Source of the DNA: Eledone cirrhosa | Taxonomy: Eukaryota | Length of the DNA: 64,000 nucleotides | Assembly (NCBI GenBank): GCA_964016885.1 | Contig: OZ024744.1 | Coordinates: 29,946,001 to 30,010,000, forward strand | Direction of reading: 5' to 3' | Part shown: in pieces, positions 22,240 to 36,500 of the stretch | Numbering within the stretch: position 1 is the stretch's first letter | Layout of the letters: every line of letters starts with the position of its first letter | Program-made: the position numbers and the translations under genes | Notes under the pieces: generated by a model | Seen by the model: only the letters and a program-made list of their open reading frames with translations | Told to the model about the DNA's origin: nothing | Database searches by the model: none

Positions 22240-22466
22240 AGGAAATAACAACAAAGGAAGAACAACCTTCATGAAAAATCCTTTCATAGCACCTTCTTTA
22301 AGAAAACGGAATTTAGAGATCCACAGACATGGAACTGGTTAAAAAAAGGAGACCTTAAAAAAAGTACAGGAGGAATGCTTATGGCTGCACAAGAGCAAGC
22401 CCTCAGAACGAAGTGGGTGAAACACCATATTGACAAGGAGGAGGCTAGCTCACTGTGTAGGATATG

Positions 22467-22558
<92 letters not shown>

Positions 22559-23203
22559 AGACTGTGGCTCACATTGTATCCGAGTGTAAACACCTAGCCC
22601 AGACTCACTATAAAGGCTGGAGACATGATGTGATGGGCAGGGTGATCCACTGGCATCTATGCAATGTAAACAATTTACCACCTTCTGAGAAGTGGTATGA
22701 GCATAAGCCAGAATCAGTGATAGAAAACGATCAGGTGAAGCTGCTGTGGGATTTTAGGATACAGGCGGACAAGAAACTGGAACACAATAGGCCTGACCTG
22801 GTGGTTTTGGACAAGGACAAAAGATCGTGCCTGATTGTAGATGTAGCCTGCCCATTTGACACATGAGTGTAAGAAAAGGAAAATTAACCGATACCAGGAT
22901 TTAAAGTGGGAGTTAAAAAGGATTTGGGACTGTCAAGAGATCAAGGTCGTCCCGATTGTCATAGGAGCACTAGCTACTATCTCAAAGAGTTTTCAAGGAT
23001 GGTTAAAGCAGATTAGTCCAGCCCCACTTTTTAGAACACTTCAAAAGGCATGCTTGCTGGGAACAGCAAGAACCCTCCGATACGTCCTGAATATCTGAGG
23101 CCTCAGATAGTGGCTTGATATTCATTTCAACAAATTTTCCAGTTAAATAACATCAATGACTGAGACTCAAAGAACAATAATAATAATAATAATAATAATA
23201 ATA
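22240..23203 (+). mobile_element. R4/Dong-like LINE 3' fragment, sister of 1218-2052, with internal (GA)n expansion and (AAT)n tail
   Basis: [34 protein letters not shown](ER)nGETVAHIVSEC, RPDLVVLDKDKRSCLIVDVACP, QKACLLGTARTLRYVLNI; same 3' UTR as the first copy. Confidence 0.92.
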
Positions 23204-23276
23204 ATTGTTTCTACTTTTGGTACAAGGCCAGTAATTACTCAGTACATTACTGGTACTTCATTTTATCGACCCCGTA
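23202..23276 (-). mobile_element. SINE 3' half, truncated by the LINE tail
   Basis: TTGTTTCTACTTTTGGTACAAGGCCAG..TACTGGTACTTCATTTTATCGACCCCGTA. Confidence 0.8.
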
Positions 23277-24562
23277 AATAATAATAATAATAATAATAAT
23301 GCTTTCTTTATTGGCCACAAGGTCTAACATGAAGAAAAACAATACAGATGGCACAGAACGGTACAGGTCGATACAAAGTGAGTTTGGGCCGTGTAAAAAA
23401 GGTTATAACAAGAAGATAGAATATCAGAAAAATTCAAACAAAAAAAATTCCCCAATAGGGGAGAAATTTCCAAGGGTCACTCGTGGCGAAAACCACACAT
23501 AAGACCATGGCCACCCTGACCACCAGGGCAAGCGTCCTCTCTCAGTTTTCCCACCCCTCAGTCTACAGGCGCATACTCAGAGCTGGCCCGTTCACTCGGA
23601 CCAGACTCGCTACATTCACCCACCTTTCAACAAACTTACTAGAAGACAGCACTTGCCTCTTCACCCTGATTTTCCTCTTCAAGTGAAACTTGAAAAAGTT
23701 ATTCAGGAATTGGCCGGAGAGGAAAGTGTCTGTCTTCAACCCTTTGAACCTTGTCCACCACACAATCTCTTTCGCCATGGCCACCATGCAGATAAAAACT
23801 GCCTGCCCTTCCTCCTCTTTAAAGGAGGATGGCGGGGCTATCTGCACAATGGACTCAGTCGATAACCGGATCCGTCCTACACGTGACAGCAAATGTTCGA
23901 CATAGCTCCACAAGTCAGCAATGCTCGGACACTGAACGAATGCGTGCACAATGGTTTCGTCACTCTGTGCGCATCTCGGACAGGCTCGGCTGACAGCACT
24001 TCCGTGCCTGTAGAGCTTATCTCGAACCGGCAACGCTCACCGGTAGCACTGCCTGGCCAGGGATTTTTGAAAATTGTCCATAGGCCCAGGGCTGAAAGTT
24101 CTCTTGAAGAGAGCGAACAACTGATCGTCTTCGACGCCCAGGGTCTCTCCGAGAACGTCGTCACTCTTCCCCTCCACTACTCCTCTATAGTATGCTGAGG
24201 TGGATGTTCCACCGATACTGGTGCCCAGCTGGTAGAAGACTGTGAGCGCTTGGAGACATTCCAGCTTCCAAGCGCTATATCTCGTTTTTTTCCTGATACT
24301 AGACTGCAGTTCCGTTAATGAGCCGAGCTGGGGAAAACACGTCTGGCAAACGGTGACCACACCTGTTCACCGTTAAGAAAGCACCAGAGATGACGCAGCC
24401 TCAGCGCTTGTTGCGCATCACCAACCACGGCATGCCAAGTCCTCCACGCAAAGGGTGCTGACAGCAGATGGATCGTCTGACCATGGGAGCACATCCCTTC
24501 CATAAAAAGTGGAAGAGGAGGCGCTCCATTTTTGTCAGAGTTAGGCCGGGGCAAGGCACAAC
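23277..24562 (-). mobile_element. L1/Tx1-clade LINE 3' fragment (zf-RVT CCHC), (ATT)n tail
   Basis: VVPCPGLTLTKMERLLFHFLWKG..HPLRGGLGMP; PVRDKLYRHG..CPRCAQSDETIVHAFVQCP..LW; AATAAAGAAAGC followed by (ATT)n. Confidence 0.88.
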
Positions 24563-27500
24563 GGTTATTGTTGTTATTGTTGTTTTTGTTGGTACTGTTG
24601 TTACTAGTATTGTTGTTATTGTTGTTGTTTTTGTTGGTACTGTTGTTGCTGTTATTATTTTTGTTGTTGTTTTTGTTGGTACTGTTGTTACTGTTATTGT
24701 TGTTGTTGTTTTTGTTGGTACTGTTGTTACTGTTATTGTTGTTGTTGTTTTTGTTGGTACTGTTGTTGCTGTTTTTGTTGTTATTGTTGTTATTGTTGTG
24801 TTTTTTTGTTGATACTGTTGTTGCTGTTATTGTTGTTATTGTTGTTGTACTTGTTGGTACTGTTGTTACTGTTATTGCTGTTATTGTTGTTATTGTTGTT
24901 TTTGTTGGTACTGTTGTTGCTGTTAATGTTGTTATTGCTGTTGTTTTTGTTGATACTGTTGTTGCTGTTATTGTTGTTGTTGTTGTTTTTGTTGGTACTG
25001 TTGTTACTGTTATTGTTGTTATTGTTGTTGTTTTTGTTGGTACTGTTGTTGCTTGTATTGTTGTTATTGTTGTTGTTTTTGCTGGTACTGTTGTTGCGGT
25101 TATCGTTGTCGTTGTTGTTGTTTTTGTTAGTACTGTTGTTACAGTTAATGTTGTCGTTGTTGTTGTTTTTGTTGATAATGGTATTGTTGTTATTGTTGTT
25201 GATTTTGTTTGTACTGTTGTTGCTGTTATTGTTGTTGTTGTTGTTATTTTTGTTGATACTGTTGTTGCTGCTATTTTTTGTTGCTGTTGTTGTTGTTTTT
25301 GTTGGTACTGTTGTTGTTGTTATACTTGTTGTTGTTGTTGATACTGTTGTTGCTGGTATTGTTGTTATTGTTGTTGTTTTTGTTGGTACTGTTGTTGCTG
25401 GTATTGTTGTTGCTGTTGTTGTTTTTGTTGATACTGTTGTTACTGTTATTGTTGTTATTTTTATTGTTTTTGTTGGTACTGTTGTTGCTGTTATTGTTGT
25501 TATTGCTGTTGTTTTTGTTGGTACTGTTGTTACTGTTATTGTTGTTATTGTTGTTGTTTTTGTTGGTACTGTTGTTACTGTTATTGTTGTTGTTGTTGTT
25601 TTTGTTGATACTGTTGTTGCTGTTATTGTTGTTATTGTTGTTGTTTTTGTTGGTACTGTTGTTGCTGGTATTGTTGTTATTGTTGTTGTTTTTGTTGTTA
25701 CTTTTGTTACTGTTATTGTTGTTGTTGTTGTTGTTTTTGTTGGTACTGTTGTTCCTGTTATTATTGTTGCTATTGTTGTTTTTGTTGTTACTTTTGTTGC
25801 TGTTATTGTTGTTGTTGTTGTTGTTTTTGTTGGTACTGATATTGCTGTTATTATTGTTATTGTTGTTGATTTTGTTGGTACTGTTTTTGCGGGTACTGTT
25901 GTTGTTGTTGTTGTTTTTGTTGGTACTGTTGTTGCTGGTATAGTTGTTATTGTTGTTGTTTTTGTTGATACTGTTGTAGCTGTTATTGTTGTTGTTGTTG
26001 TTGTTTTTGTTGGTACTGTTGTTGCTGTTATTGTTGTTACTGCTGTTGTTTTTGTTGGTACTGTCGTTGCTGGTATTGTTGTTATTGTTGTTGTTTTTGT
26101 TGGTACTGTTTTTGCTGGTATTGTTGTTATTTGTGTTGTTTTTGTAGGTACTGTTGTTGTTTTTGTTGTTATTGTTGTTATTGTTGTTGTTTTTGTTGAT
26201 ACTGTTGTTGCTGTTATTGTTGTTATTGTTGTTGTTTTTGTTGGTACTGTTGTTGCTGTTATTGTTGATATTGTTGTTGTTTTTGTTGGTACTGTTGTTG
26301 CTGTTAATGTTGTTATTGTTGTTGTTTTTGTTGATACTGTTGTTGCTGTTATTATTGTTGTTGTTGTTTTTGTTGGTCCTTTGTTACTGTTATTGTTGTT
26401 ATTGTTGTTGTTTTTGTTTGTACTGTTGTTGCTTGTATTGTTGTTTTTGTTGTTGTTTTTGTTGGTACTGTTGTTACTGTTATTGTTGTTATTGTTGTTG
26501 TTTTTGTTGGTACTGTTGTTACTGTTATTGTTGTCGTTGTTGTTGTTTTTGTTGGTACTGTTGTTACTGTTATTGTTGTTATTGTTGTTGTTTGTTGGTA
26601 CTGTTGGTTAAGTTATTGTCGTTATTCTTGTTGTTTTTCTTGATACTGTTGTTGCTGGTATTGTTGTTATTGTTGTTGTTTTCGTTGGTACTGTTGTTGC
26701 TGTTATTATTTTTGTTGTTGTTCTTTATGTTGGTACTGTTGTTGCTGGTATTGTTGTTATTGTTGTTGTTTTTGTTGGTACTGTTGTTGCTGTTATTGTT
26801 GTTATTGTTGTTGTTTTTGTTGATACTGTTGTTGCTGGTATTGTTGTTGCTGTTGTTTTTGTTGATACTGTTGTTACTGTTATTGTTGTTATTTTTGTTG
26901 TTTTTGTTGGTTCTGTTGTTGCTGGTATTGTTGTTGTTGTTGTCTTTTTTTTGTTGATACTGTTGTTACTGTTGTTGCTGTTATTGTTGTTGTTTTTGTT
27001 GGTACTGTTGTTGCTATTATTGTTGTTATTGTTGTTGTTTTTGTTGATACTGTTGTTGCTGTTATTGTTGTTATTGTTGTTGTTTTTGTTGGTACTGTTG
27101 TTGCTGTTATTGTTGTTATTGTCGTTATTGTTGTTGTTTTTGTTGGTACTGTTGTTGCTGGTATTGTTGTTATTGTTGTTGTTTTTGTTGTTACTTTTGT
27201 TACTGTTATTGTTGTTGTTGTTGTTTTTGTTGGTACTGTTGTTACTGTTAATGTTGTTGCTATTGTTGTTTTTGTTGTTACTGTTGTTGCTGTTATTGTT
27301 GTTGTTGTTGTTGTTTTTGTTTGTAGTGATATTGCTGTTATTATTGTTATTGTTGGTGTTTTTGTTGGTACTGTTTTTGCGGGTATTGTTGTTATTGTTT
27401 TGTTTTTGTTGGTACTGTTGTTGCTAGTATAGTTGTTATTGTTGTTGTTTTTCTTGATACTGTTGTAGCTGTTACTGTTGTTGTTGTTGTTGTTTTAGTT

Positions 27501-30500
27501 GGTACTGTTGTTGCTGTTATTGTTGTTATTGCTGTTGTTTTTGTTGGTACTGTTGTTGTTGGTATTGTTGTTATTGTTGTTGTTTTTGTTGGTACGGTTT
27601 TTGCTGGTATTGTTGTTATTTTTGTTGTTTTTGTTGGTACTGCTGTTGTTGCTTCTGTTGTTATTGTTGTTATTGTTGTTATTTTTGTTGATACTGTTGT
27701 TGCTGTTATTGTTGTTATTGTTGTTGTTTTTGTTGGTACTTTTGTTACTGGTATTGTTGTTGTTGTTTTTGTTGATACTGTTGTTGTGGTTATCGTTGTC
27801 GTTGTTGTTGTTTTTGTTAGTACTGTTGTTACAGTTAATGTTGTCGTTGTTGTTGTTTTTGTTGATACTGGTATTGTTGTTATTGTTGTTGTTTTTGTTG
27901 GTACTGTTGTTGCTGTTATTGTTGTTGTTGTTATTCTTGTTGATACTGTTGTTGGTGGTATTTGTTGTTGTTGTTGTTGTTGTTTTTGTTGGTACTGTTG
28001 TTGTTGTTATACTTGTTGTTGTTGTTGTTTTTGTTGATACTGTTGTTGCTGGTATTGTTGTTATTGTTGTTGGTTTTGTTGGTACTGTTGTTGCTGGTAT
28101 TGTTGTTGCTGTTGTTGTTTTTGTTGATACTGTTGTGACTGTAATTGTTGTTATTGTTGTCGTTTTTGTTGGTACTGTTGTTGCTGTTATTGTTGTTATT
28201 GCTGTTGTATTTGTTGGTACTGTTGTTACTGTTATTGTTGTTATTGTTGTTGTTTTTGTTGGTACTGTTGTTACTGTCATTGTTGTTGTTGTTGTTGTTT
28301 TTGTTGATACTGTTGTTGCTGTTATTGTTGTTATTGTTGTTGTTTTTGTTGGTACTGTTGTTGCTGTTATTGTTGTTATTGTTGTTGTTTTTGTTGGTAC
28401 TGTTGTTGCTGTTATTGTTGATATTGTTGTTGTTTTTGTTGGTACTGTTGTTGCTGTTAATGTTGTTATTGTTGTTGTTTTTGTTGATACTGTTGTTGCT
28501 ATTATTATTGTTGTTGTTGTTTTTGTTGGTACTTTGTTACTGTTATTGTTGTTATTGTTGTTGTTTTTGTTTGTACTGTTGTTGCTTGTATTGTTGTTTT
28601 TGTTGTTTTTTTGTTGGTACTGTTGTTACTGTTATTGTTGTTATTGTTGTTGTTCTTGTTGGTACTGTTGTTACTGTTATTGTTGTCGTAGTTGTTGTTT
28701 TTGTTGGTACTGTTGTTACTGTTATTGTTGTTATTGTTGTTATTGTTGTTGTTTGTTGGTACTGTTGGTTAAGTTATTGTCGTTATTGTTGTTGTTTTTC
28801 TTGATACTGTTGTTGCTGGTATTGTTGTTATTGCTGTTGTATTTGTTGGTACTGTTGTTACTGTTATTGTTGTTGTTGTTGTTGTTTTTGTTGATACTGT
28901 TGTTGCTGTTATTGTTGTTATTGTTGTTGTTTTTGTTGGTACTGTTGTTGCTGTTATTGTTGTTATTGTTGTTGTTTTTGTTGGTACTGTTGTTGCTGGT
29001 ATTGTTGTTATTTTTTTTGTTTTTGTTGTTACTTTTGTTACTGTTATTGTTGTTATTGTTGTTGTTTTTCTTGGTACTGTTGTTGCTGTTATTGTTGTTA
29101 TTGTTGTTGTTTTTGTTTGTACTGTTGTTGCTTGTATTGTTGTTTTTGTTGTTGTTTTTGTTGGTACTGTTGTTACTGTTATTGTTGTTATTGTTGTTGT
29201 TTTTGTTGGTACTGTTGTTACTGTTATTGTTGTCGTAGTTGTTGTTTTTGTTGGTACTGTTGTTACTGTTATTGTTGTTATTGTTGTTGTTTGTTGGTAC
29301 TGTTGGATAAGTTATTGTCGTTATTGTTGTTGTTTTTCTTGATACTTTTGTTGCTGGTATTGTTGTTATTGTTGTTGTTTTCGTTGGTACTGTTGTTGCT
29401 GTTATTGTTGTCATTGTTGTTTTTGTAGGTACTGTTGTTGCTGTTATTGTTGTTGTCGTTGTTGTTTTTGTTGGTACTGTTGTTGCTGGTATTGTTGTTA
29501 TTGTTGTTGTTTTTGTTGGTACTGTTGTTGCTGTTATTGTTGTTATTGTTGTTGTTTTTGTTGATACTGTTGTTGCTGGTATTGTTGTTGATGTTGTTTT
29601 TGTTGATACTCTTGTTACTGTTATTGATGTTGTTTTTGTTGGTACTGTTGTTGCTGTTATTGTTGTTATTGTTGTTGTTTTCGTTGGTTCTGTTGTTGCT
29701 GGTATTGTTGTTGTTGTTGTTTTTGTTTTTGTTGATACTGTTGTTACTGTTGTTGCTGTTATTGTTGTTGTTTTTGTTGTTTTTGTTGATACTGTTGTTG
29801 CTGTTATTGTTGTTATTGTTGTTATTGTTGTTGTTTGTGTTGGTACTGTTGTTGCTGGTATTGTTGTTATTGTTGTTATTGTTGTTGTTTGTGTTGGTAC
29901 TGTTGTTGCTGGTATTGTTGTTATTGTTGTGGTTTTTGTTGTTACTTTTGTTACTGTTATTGTTGTTGTTGTTGTTTTTGTTGGTACTGTTGTTACTGTT
30001 AATGTTGTTGCTATTGTTGTTTTTGTTGTTACTGTTGTTGCTGTTATTGTTGTTGTTGTTGTTGTTTTTGTTTGTAGTGATATTGCTGTTATTATTGTTA
30101 TTGTTGTTGTTTTCGTTGGTACTGTTTTTGCGGGTATTGTTGTTATTGTTTTGTTTTTGTTGGTACTGTTGTTGCTGGTATAGTTGTTATTGTTGTTGTT
30201 TTTGTTGATACTGTTGTAGCTGTTATTGTTGTTGTTGTTGTTGTTTTAGTTGGTACTGTTGTTGCTGTTATTGTTGTTATTGCTGTTGTTTTTGTTGGTA
30301 CTGTTGTTGTTGGTATTGTTGTTATTGTTGTTGTTTTTGTTGGTACTGTTTTTGCTGGTATTATTGTTATTTTTGTTGTTTTTTGTTGGTACTGCTGTTG
30401 TTGCTTTTGTTGTTATTGTTGTTATTGTTGTTGTTTTTGTTGATACTGTTGTTGCGGTTATCGTTGTCGTTGTTGTTGTTTTTGTTAGTACTGTTGTTAC

Positions 30501-33500
30501 AGTTAATGTTGTCGTTGTTGTTGTTTTTGTTGATACTGGTATTGTTGTTATTGTTGGTACTGTTGTTGCTGTTATTGTTGTTGTTGTTATTCTTGTTGAT
30601 ACTGTTGTTGCTGGTATTTTTTGTTGTTGTTGTTGTTGTTTTTGTTGGTACTGTTGTTGTTGTTATACTTGTTGTTGTTGTTGTTTTTGTTGATACTGTT
30701 GTTGCTGGTATTGTTGTTATTGTTGTTGTTTTTGCTGGTACTGTTGTTGCTGGTATTGTTGTTGCTGTTGTTGTTTTTGTTGATACTGTTGTTACTGTTA
30801 TTGTTGTTATTGATGTCGTTTTTATTGGTACTGTTGTTGCTGGTATTGTTGTTATTGTTGTTGTTTTTGTTGATACTGTTGTTACTGTTGTTGCTGTTAT
30901 TGTTGTAATTGTTGTTGATACTGTTGTTGTTGTTATTGTTGTTGTTGTTGTTTTTGTTGGTACTGTTGTTGCTATTATTGTTGTTATTGTTGTTGTTTTT
31001 GTTGATACTGTTGTTGCTGTTATTGTTGTTATTGTTGTTGTTTTTGTTGGTACTGTTGTTGCTGGTATTGTTGTTGTTGTTGTTGTTTTTCTTGGTACTG
31101 TTGTTGATGTTATTGTTGTTATTGCTGTTGTTTTTGTTGGTACTGTTGTTACTGTTATTGTTGTTATTGTTGTTGTTTTTGTTGGTACTGTTGTTACTGT
31201 TATTGTTGTTGTTGTTGTTGTTGTTTTTGTTGATACTGTTGTTGCTGTTATTGTTATTGTTGTTGTTTTTGTCGGTACTGTTGTTGCTGTTATTGTTGTT
31301 TTTGTTGTTATTGTTGTTATTGTTGTTGTTTTTGTTGATACTGTTGTTGCTGTTATTGTTGTTATTGTTGTTGTTTTTGTTGGTACTGTTGTTGCTTGTA
31401 TTGTTGTTATTGTTGTTGTTTTTGTTGGTACTGTTGTTGCTGTTATTATTTTTGTTGTTGTTTTTGTTGGTACTGTTGTTACTGTTATTGTTGTTGTTGT
31501 TTTTGTTGGTACTGTTGTTGTTGTTTTTGTTGTTATTGTTGTTATTGTGTTTTTTGTTGATACTGTTGTTGCTGTTATTGTTGTTATTGTTGTTGTTTTT
31601 GTTTGTACTGTTGTTGCTTGTATTGTTGTTTTTGTTGTTGTTTTTGTTGGTACTGTTGTTACTGTTATTGTTGTTATTGTTGTTGTTTTTGTTGGTACTG
31701 TTGTTACTGTTATTGTTGTCGTAGTTGTTGATTTTGTTGGTACTGTTGTTACTGTTAATGTTGTTGCTATTGTTGTTTTTGTTGTTACTGTTGTTGCTGT
31801 TATTGTTGTTGTTGTTGTTGTTGTTTTTGTTTGTAGTGATATTGCTGTTATTATTGTTATTGTTGTTGTTTTCGTTGGTACTGTTTTTGCGGGTATTGTT
31901 GTTATTGTTTTGTTTTTGTTGGTACTGTTGTTGCTGGTATAGTTGTTATTGATGTTGTTTTTGTTAGTACTGTTGTTACAGTTAATGTTGTCGTTGTTGT
32001 TGTTTTTGTTGATACTGGTATTGTTGTTATTGTTGTTGTTTTTGTTGGTACTGTTGTTGCTGTTATTGTTGTTGTTGTTATTCTTGTTGATACTGTTGTT
32101 GCTGGTATTTTTTGTTGTTGTTGTTGTTGTTTTTGTTGGTACTGTTGTTGTTGTTATACTTGTTGTTGTTGTTGTTTTTGTTGATACTGTTGTTGCTGGT
32201 ATTGTTGTTATTGTTGTTGTTTTTGCTGGTACTGTTGTTGCTGGTATTGTTGTTGCTGTTGTTGTTTTTGTTGATACTGTTGTTACTGTTATTGTTGTTA
32301 TTGTTGTCGTTTTTGTTGGTACTGTTGTTGCTGTTATTGTTGTTATTGCTGTTGTATTTGTTGGTACTTTTGTTACTGTTATTGTTGTTGTTGTTGTTGT
32401 TTTTGTTGGTACTGTTGTTACTGTTATTATTGTTGCTATTGTTGTTTTTGTTGTTACTGTTGTTGTTGTAATTGTTGTTGTTGTTGTTGTTTTTGTTGGT
32501 ACTGATATTGCTGTTATTATTGTTATTGTTGTTGTTTTTGTTGGTACTGTTTTTGCGGGTATTGTTGTTGTTGTTGTTGATTTCGTTGGTACTGTTGTTG
32601 CTGGTATAATTGTTATTGTTGTTGTTTTTGTTGATACTGTTGTAGCTGTTATTGTTGTTGTTGTTGTTGTTTTTGTTGGTACTGTTGTTGCTGTTATTGT
32701 TGTTATTGCTGTTGTTTATGTTGGTACTGTCGTTGCTGGTATTGTTGTTATTGTTGTTGTTTTTGTTGGTACTGTTTTTGCTGGTATTGTTGTTATTTTT
32801 GTTGTTTTTGTTGGTACTGTTGTTGTTTTTGTTGTTATTGTTGTTATTGTTGTTGTTTTTGTTGATACTGTTGTTGCTGTTATTGTTGTTATTGTTGTTG
32901 TTTTTGTTGGTACTGTTGTTCTGTTATTGTTGATATTGTTGTTGTTTTTGTTGGTACTGTTGTTGCTGTTAATGTTGTTATTGTTGTTGTTTTTGTTGAT
33001 ACTGTTGTTGCTGTTATTATTTTCGTTGTTGTTTTTGTTGGTACTGTTGTTACTGTTATTGTTGTTATGGTTGTTGTTTTTGTTGGTACTGTTGTTACTG
33101 TTATTGTTGTTATTGTTGTTGTTTGTTGGTACTGTTGGTTAAGTAATTGTCGTTATTGTTGTTGTTTTTCTTGATACTGTTGTTGCTGGTATTGCTGTTA
33201 TTGTTGTTGTTTTCGTTGGTACTGTTGTTGCTGTTATTGTTGTTATTGTTGTTTTTGTAGGTACTGTTGTTGCTGTTATTGTTGTTGTCGTTGTTGTTTT
33301 TGTTGGTACTGTTGTTGCTGTTATTGTTGTCATTGTTGTTGTTTTTGTTGGTACTGTTGTTACTGCTATTGTTGTTATTGATGTTGTTTTTGTTGGTACT
33401 GTTGTTGCTGGTATTGTTGTTATTGTTGTTGTTTTTGTTAGTACTGTTGTTGCTGTTATTGTTGTTGTTGTTGTTGTTGTTTGTGTTGGTACTGTTGTTG

Positions 33501-36500
33501 CTGTTATTGTTGTTATTGTTGTTGTTTTTATTGATACTGTTGTTGCTGGTATTGTTGTTGTTGTTTTTGTAGGTACTGTTGTAGCTGTTATTGTTGTTAT
33601 TGTTGTTGTTTTTGTTTGTACTGTTGTTGCTGTTATTGTTGTTATTGTTGTTGTTTATGTTGGTTCTGTTGTTGCTGGTATTGTTGTTGTTGTTTTTGTT
33701 TTTGTTGATACTGTTGTTACTGTTGTTGCTGTTATTGTTGTAATTGTTGTTGATACTGTTGTTGTTGTTATTGTTGTTGTTGTTGTTTTTGTTGGTACTG
33801 TTGTTGCTATTATTGTTGTTATTGTTGTTGTTTTTGTTGATACTGTTGTTGCTGTTATTGTTGTTATTGTTGTTGTTTTTGTTGGTACTGTTGTTGCTGG
33901 TATTGTTGTTATTGTTGTTGTTTTTCTTGGTACTGTTGTTGATGTTATTGTTGTTATTGCTGTTGTTTTTGTTGGTACTGTTGTTACTGTTATTGTTGTT
34001 ATTGTTGTTGTTTTTGTTGGTACTGTTGTTACTGTTATTGTTGTTGTTGTTGTTGTTTTTGTTGATACTGTTGTTGCTGTTATTGTTGTTATTGTTGTTG
34101 TTTTTGTCGGTACTGTTGTTGCTGTTATTGTTGTTTTTGTTGTTATTGTTGTTATTGTTGTTGTTTTTGTTGATACTGTTGTTGCTGTTATTGTTGTTAT
34201 TGTTGTTGTTTTTGTTGGTACTGTTGTTGCTTGTATTGTTGTTATTGTTGTTGTTTTTGTGGGTACTGTTGTTGCTGTTATTATTTTTGTTGTTGTTTTT
34301 GTTGGTACTGTTGTTACTGTTATTGTTGTTGTTGTTTTTGTTGGTACTGTTGTTGTTGTTTTTGTTGTTATTGTTGTTATTGTGTTTTTTGTTGATACTG
34401 TTGTTGCTGTTATTGTTGTTGTTTTTGTTGATACTGTTGTTACTGTTGTTGCTGTTATTGTTGTAATTGTTGTTGATACTGTTGTTGTTGTTATTGTTGT
34501 TGTTGTTGTTTTTGTTGGTACTGTTGTTGCTATTATTGTTGTTATTGTTGTTGTTTTTGTTGATACTGTTGTTGCTGTTATTGTTGTTATTGTTGTTGTT
34601 TTTGTTGGTACTGTTGTTGCTGGTATTGTTGTTGTTGTTGTTGTTTTTCTTGGTACTGTTGTTGATGTTATTGTTGTTATTGCTGTTGTTTTTGTTGGTA
34701 CTGTTGTTACTGTTATTGTTGTTATTGTTGTTGTTTTTGTTGGTACTGTTGTTACTGTTATTGTTGTTGTTGTTGTTGTTGTTGTTTTTGTTGATACTGT
34801 TGTTGCTGTTATTGTTATTGTTGTTGTTTTTGTCGGTACTGTTGTTGCTGTTATTGTTGTTTTTGTTGTTATTGTTGTTATTGTTGTTGTTTTTGTTGAT
34901 ACTGTTGTTGCTGTTATTGTTGTTATTGTTGTTGTTTTTGTTGGTACTGTTGTTGCTTGTATTGTTGTTATTGTTGTTGTTTTTGTTGGTACTGTTGTTG
35001 CTGTTATTATTTTTGTTGTTGTTTTTGTTGGTACTGTTGTTACTGTTATTGTTGTTGTTGTTTTTGTTGGTACTGTTGTTGTTGTTTTTGTTGTTATTGT
35101 TGTTATTGTGTTTTTTGTTGATACTGTTGTTGCTGTTATTGTTGTTATTGTTGTTGTTTTTGTTTGTACTGTTGTTGCTTGTATTGTTGTTTTTGTTGTT
35201 GTTTTTGTTGGTACTGTTGTTACTGTTATTGTTGTTATTGTTGTTGTTTTTGTTGGTACTGTTGTTACTGTTATTGTTGTCGTAGTTGTTGATTTTGTTG
35301 GTACTGTTGTTACTGTTAATGTTGTTGCTATTGTTGTTTTTGTTGTTACTGTTGTTGCTGTTATTGTTGTTGTTGTTGTTGTTGTTTTTGTTTGTAGTGA
35401 TATTGCTGTTATTATTGTTATTGTTGTTGTTTTCGTTGGTACTGTTTTTGCGGGTATTGTTGTTATTGTTTTGTTTTTGTTGGTACTGTTGTTGCTGGTA
35501 TAGTTGTTATTGATGTTGTTTTTGTTAGTACTGTTGTTACAGTTAATGTTGTCGTTGTTGTTGTTTTTGTTGATACTGGTATTGTTGTTATTGTTGTTGT
35601 TTTTGTTGGTACTGTTGTTGCTGTTATTGTTGTTGTTGTTATTCTTGTTGATACTGTTGTTGCTGGTATTTTTTGTTGTTGTTGTTGTTGTTTTTGTTGG
35701 TACTGTTGTTGTTGTTATACTTGTTGTTGTTGTTGTTTTTGTTGATACTGTTGTTGCTGGTATTGTTGTTATTGTTGTTGTTTTTGCTGGTACTGTTGTT
35801 GCTGGTATTGTTGTTGCTGTTGTTGTTTTTGTTGATACTGTTGTTACTGTTATTGTTGTTATTGTTGTCGTTTTTGTTGGTACTGTTGTTGCTGTTATTG
35901 TTGTTATTGCTGTCGTATTTGTTGGTACTGTTGTTACTGTTATTGTTGTTGTTGTTGTTGTTTTTGTTGATACTGTTGTTGCTGTTATTGTTGTTATTGT
36001 TGTTGTTTTTGTTGTTACTTTTGTTACTGTTATTGTTGTTGTTGTTGTTGTTTTTGTTGGTACTGTTGTTACTGTTATTATTGTTGCTATTGTTGTTTTT
36101 GTTGTTACTGTTGTTGTTGTAATTGTTGTTGTTGTTGTTGTTTTTGTTGGTACTGATATTGCTGTTATTATTGTTATTGTTGTTGTTTTTGTTGGTACTG
36201 TTTTTGCGGGTATTGTTGTTGTTGTTGTTGATTTCGTTGGTACTGTTGTTGCTGGTATAATTGTTATTGTTGTTGTTTTTGTTGATACTGTTGTAGCTGT
36301 TATTGTTGTTGTTGTTGTTGTTTTTGTTGGTACTGTTGTTGCTGTTATTGTTGTTATTGCTGTTGTTTATGTTGGTACTGTCGTTGCTGGTATTGTTGTT
36401 ATTGTTGTTGTTTTTGTTGGTACTGTTTTTGCTGGTATTGTTGTTATTTTTGTTGTTTTTGTTGGTACTGTTGTTGTTTTTGTTGTTATTGTTGTTATTG

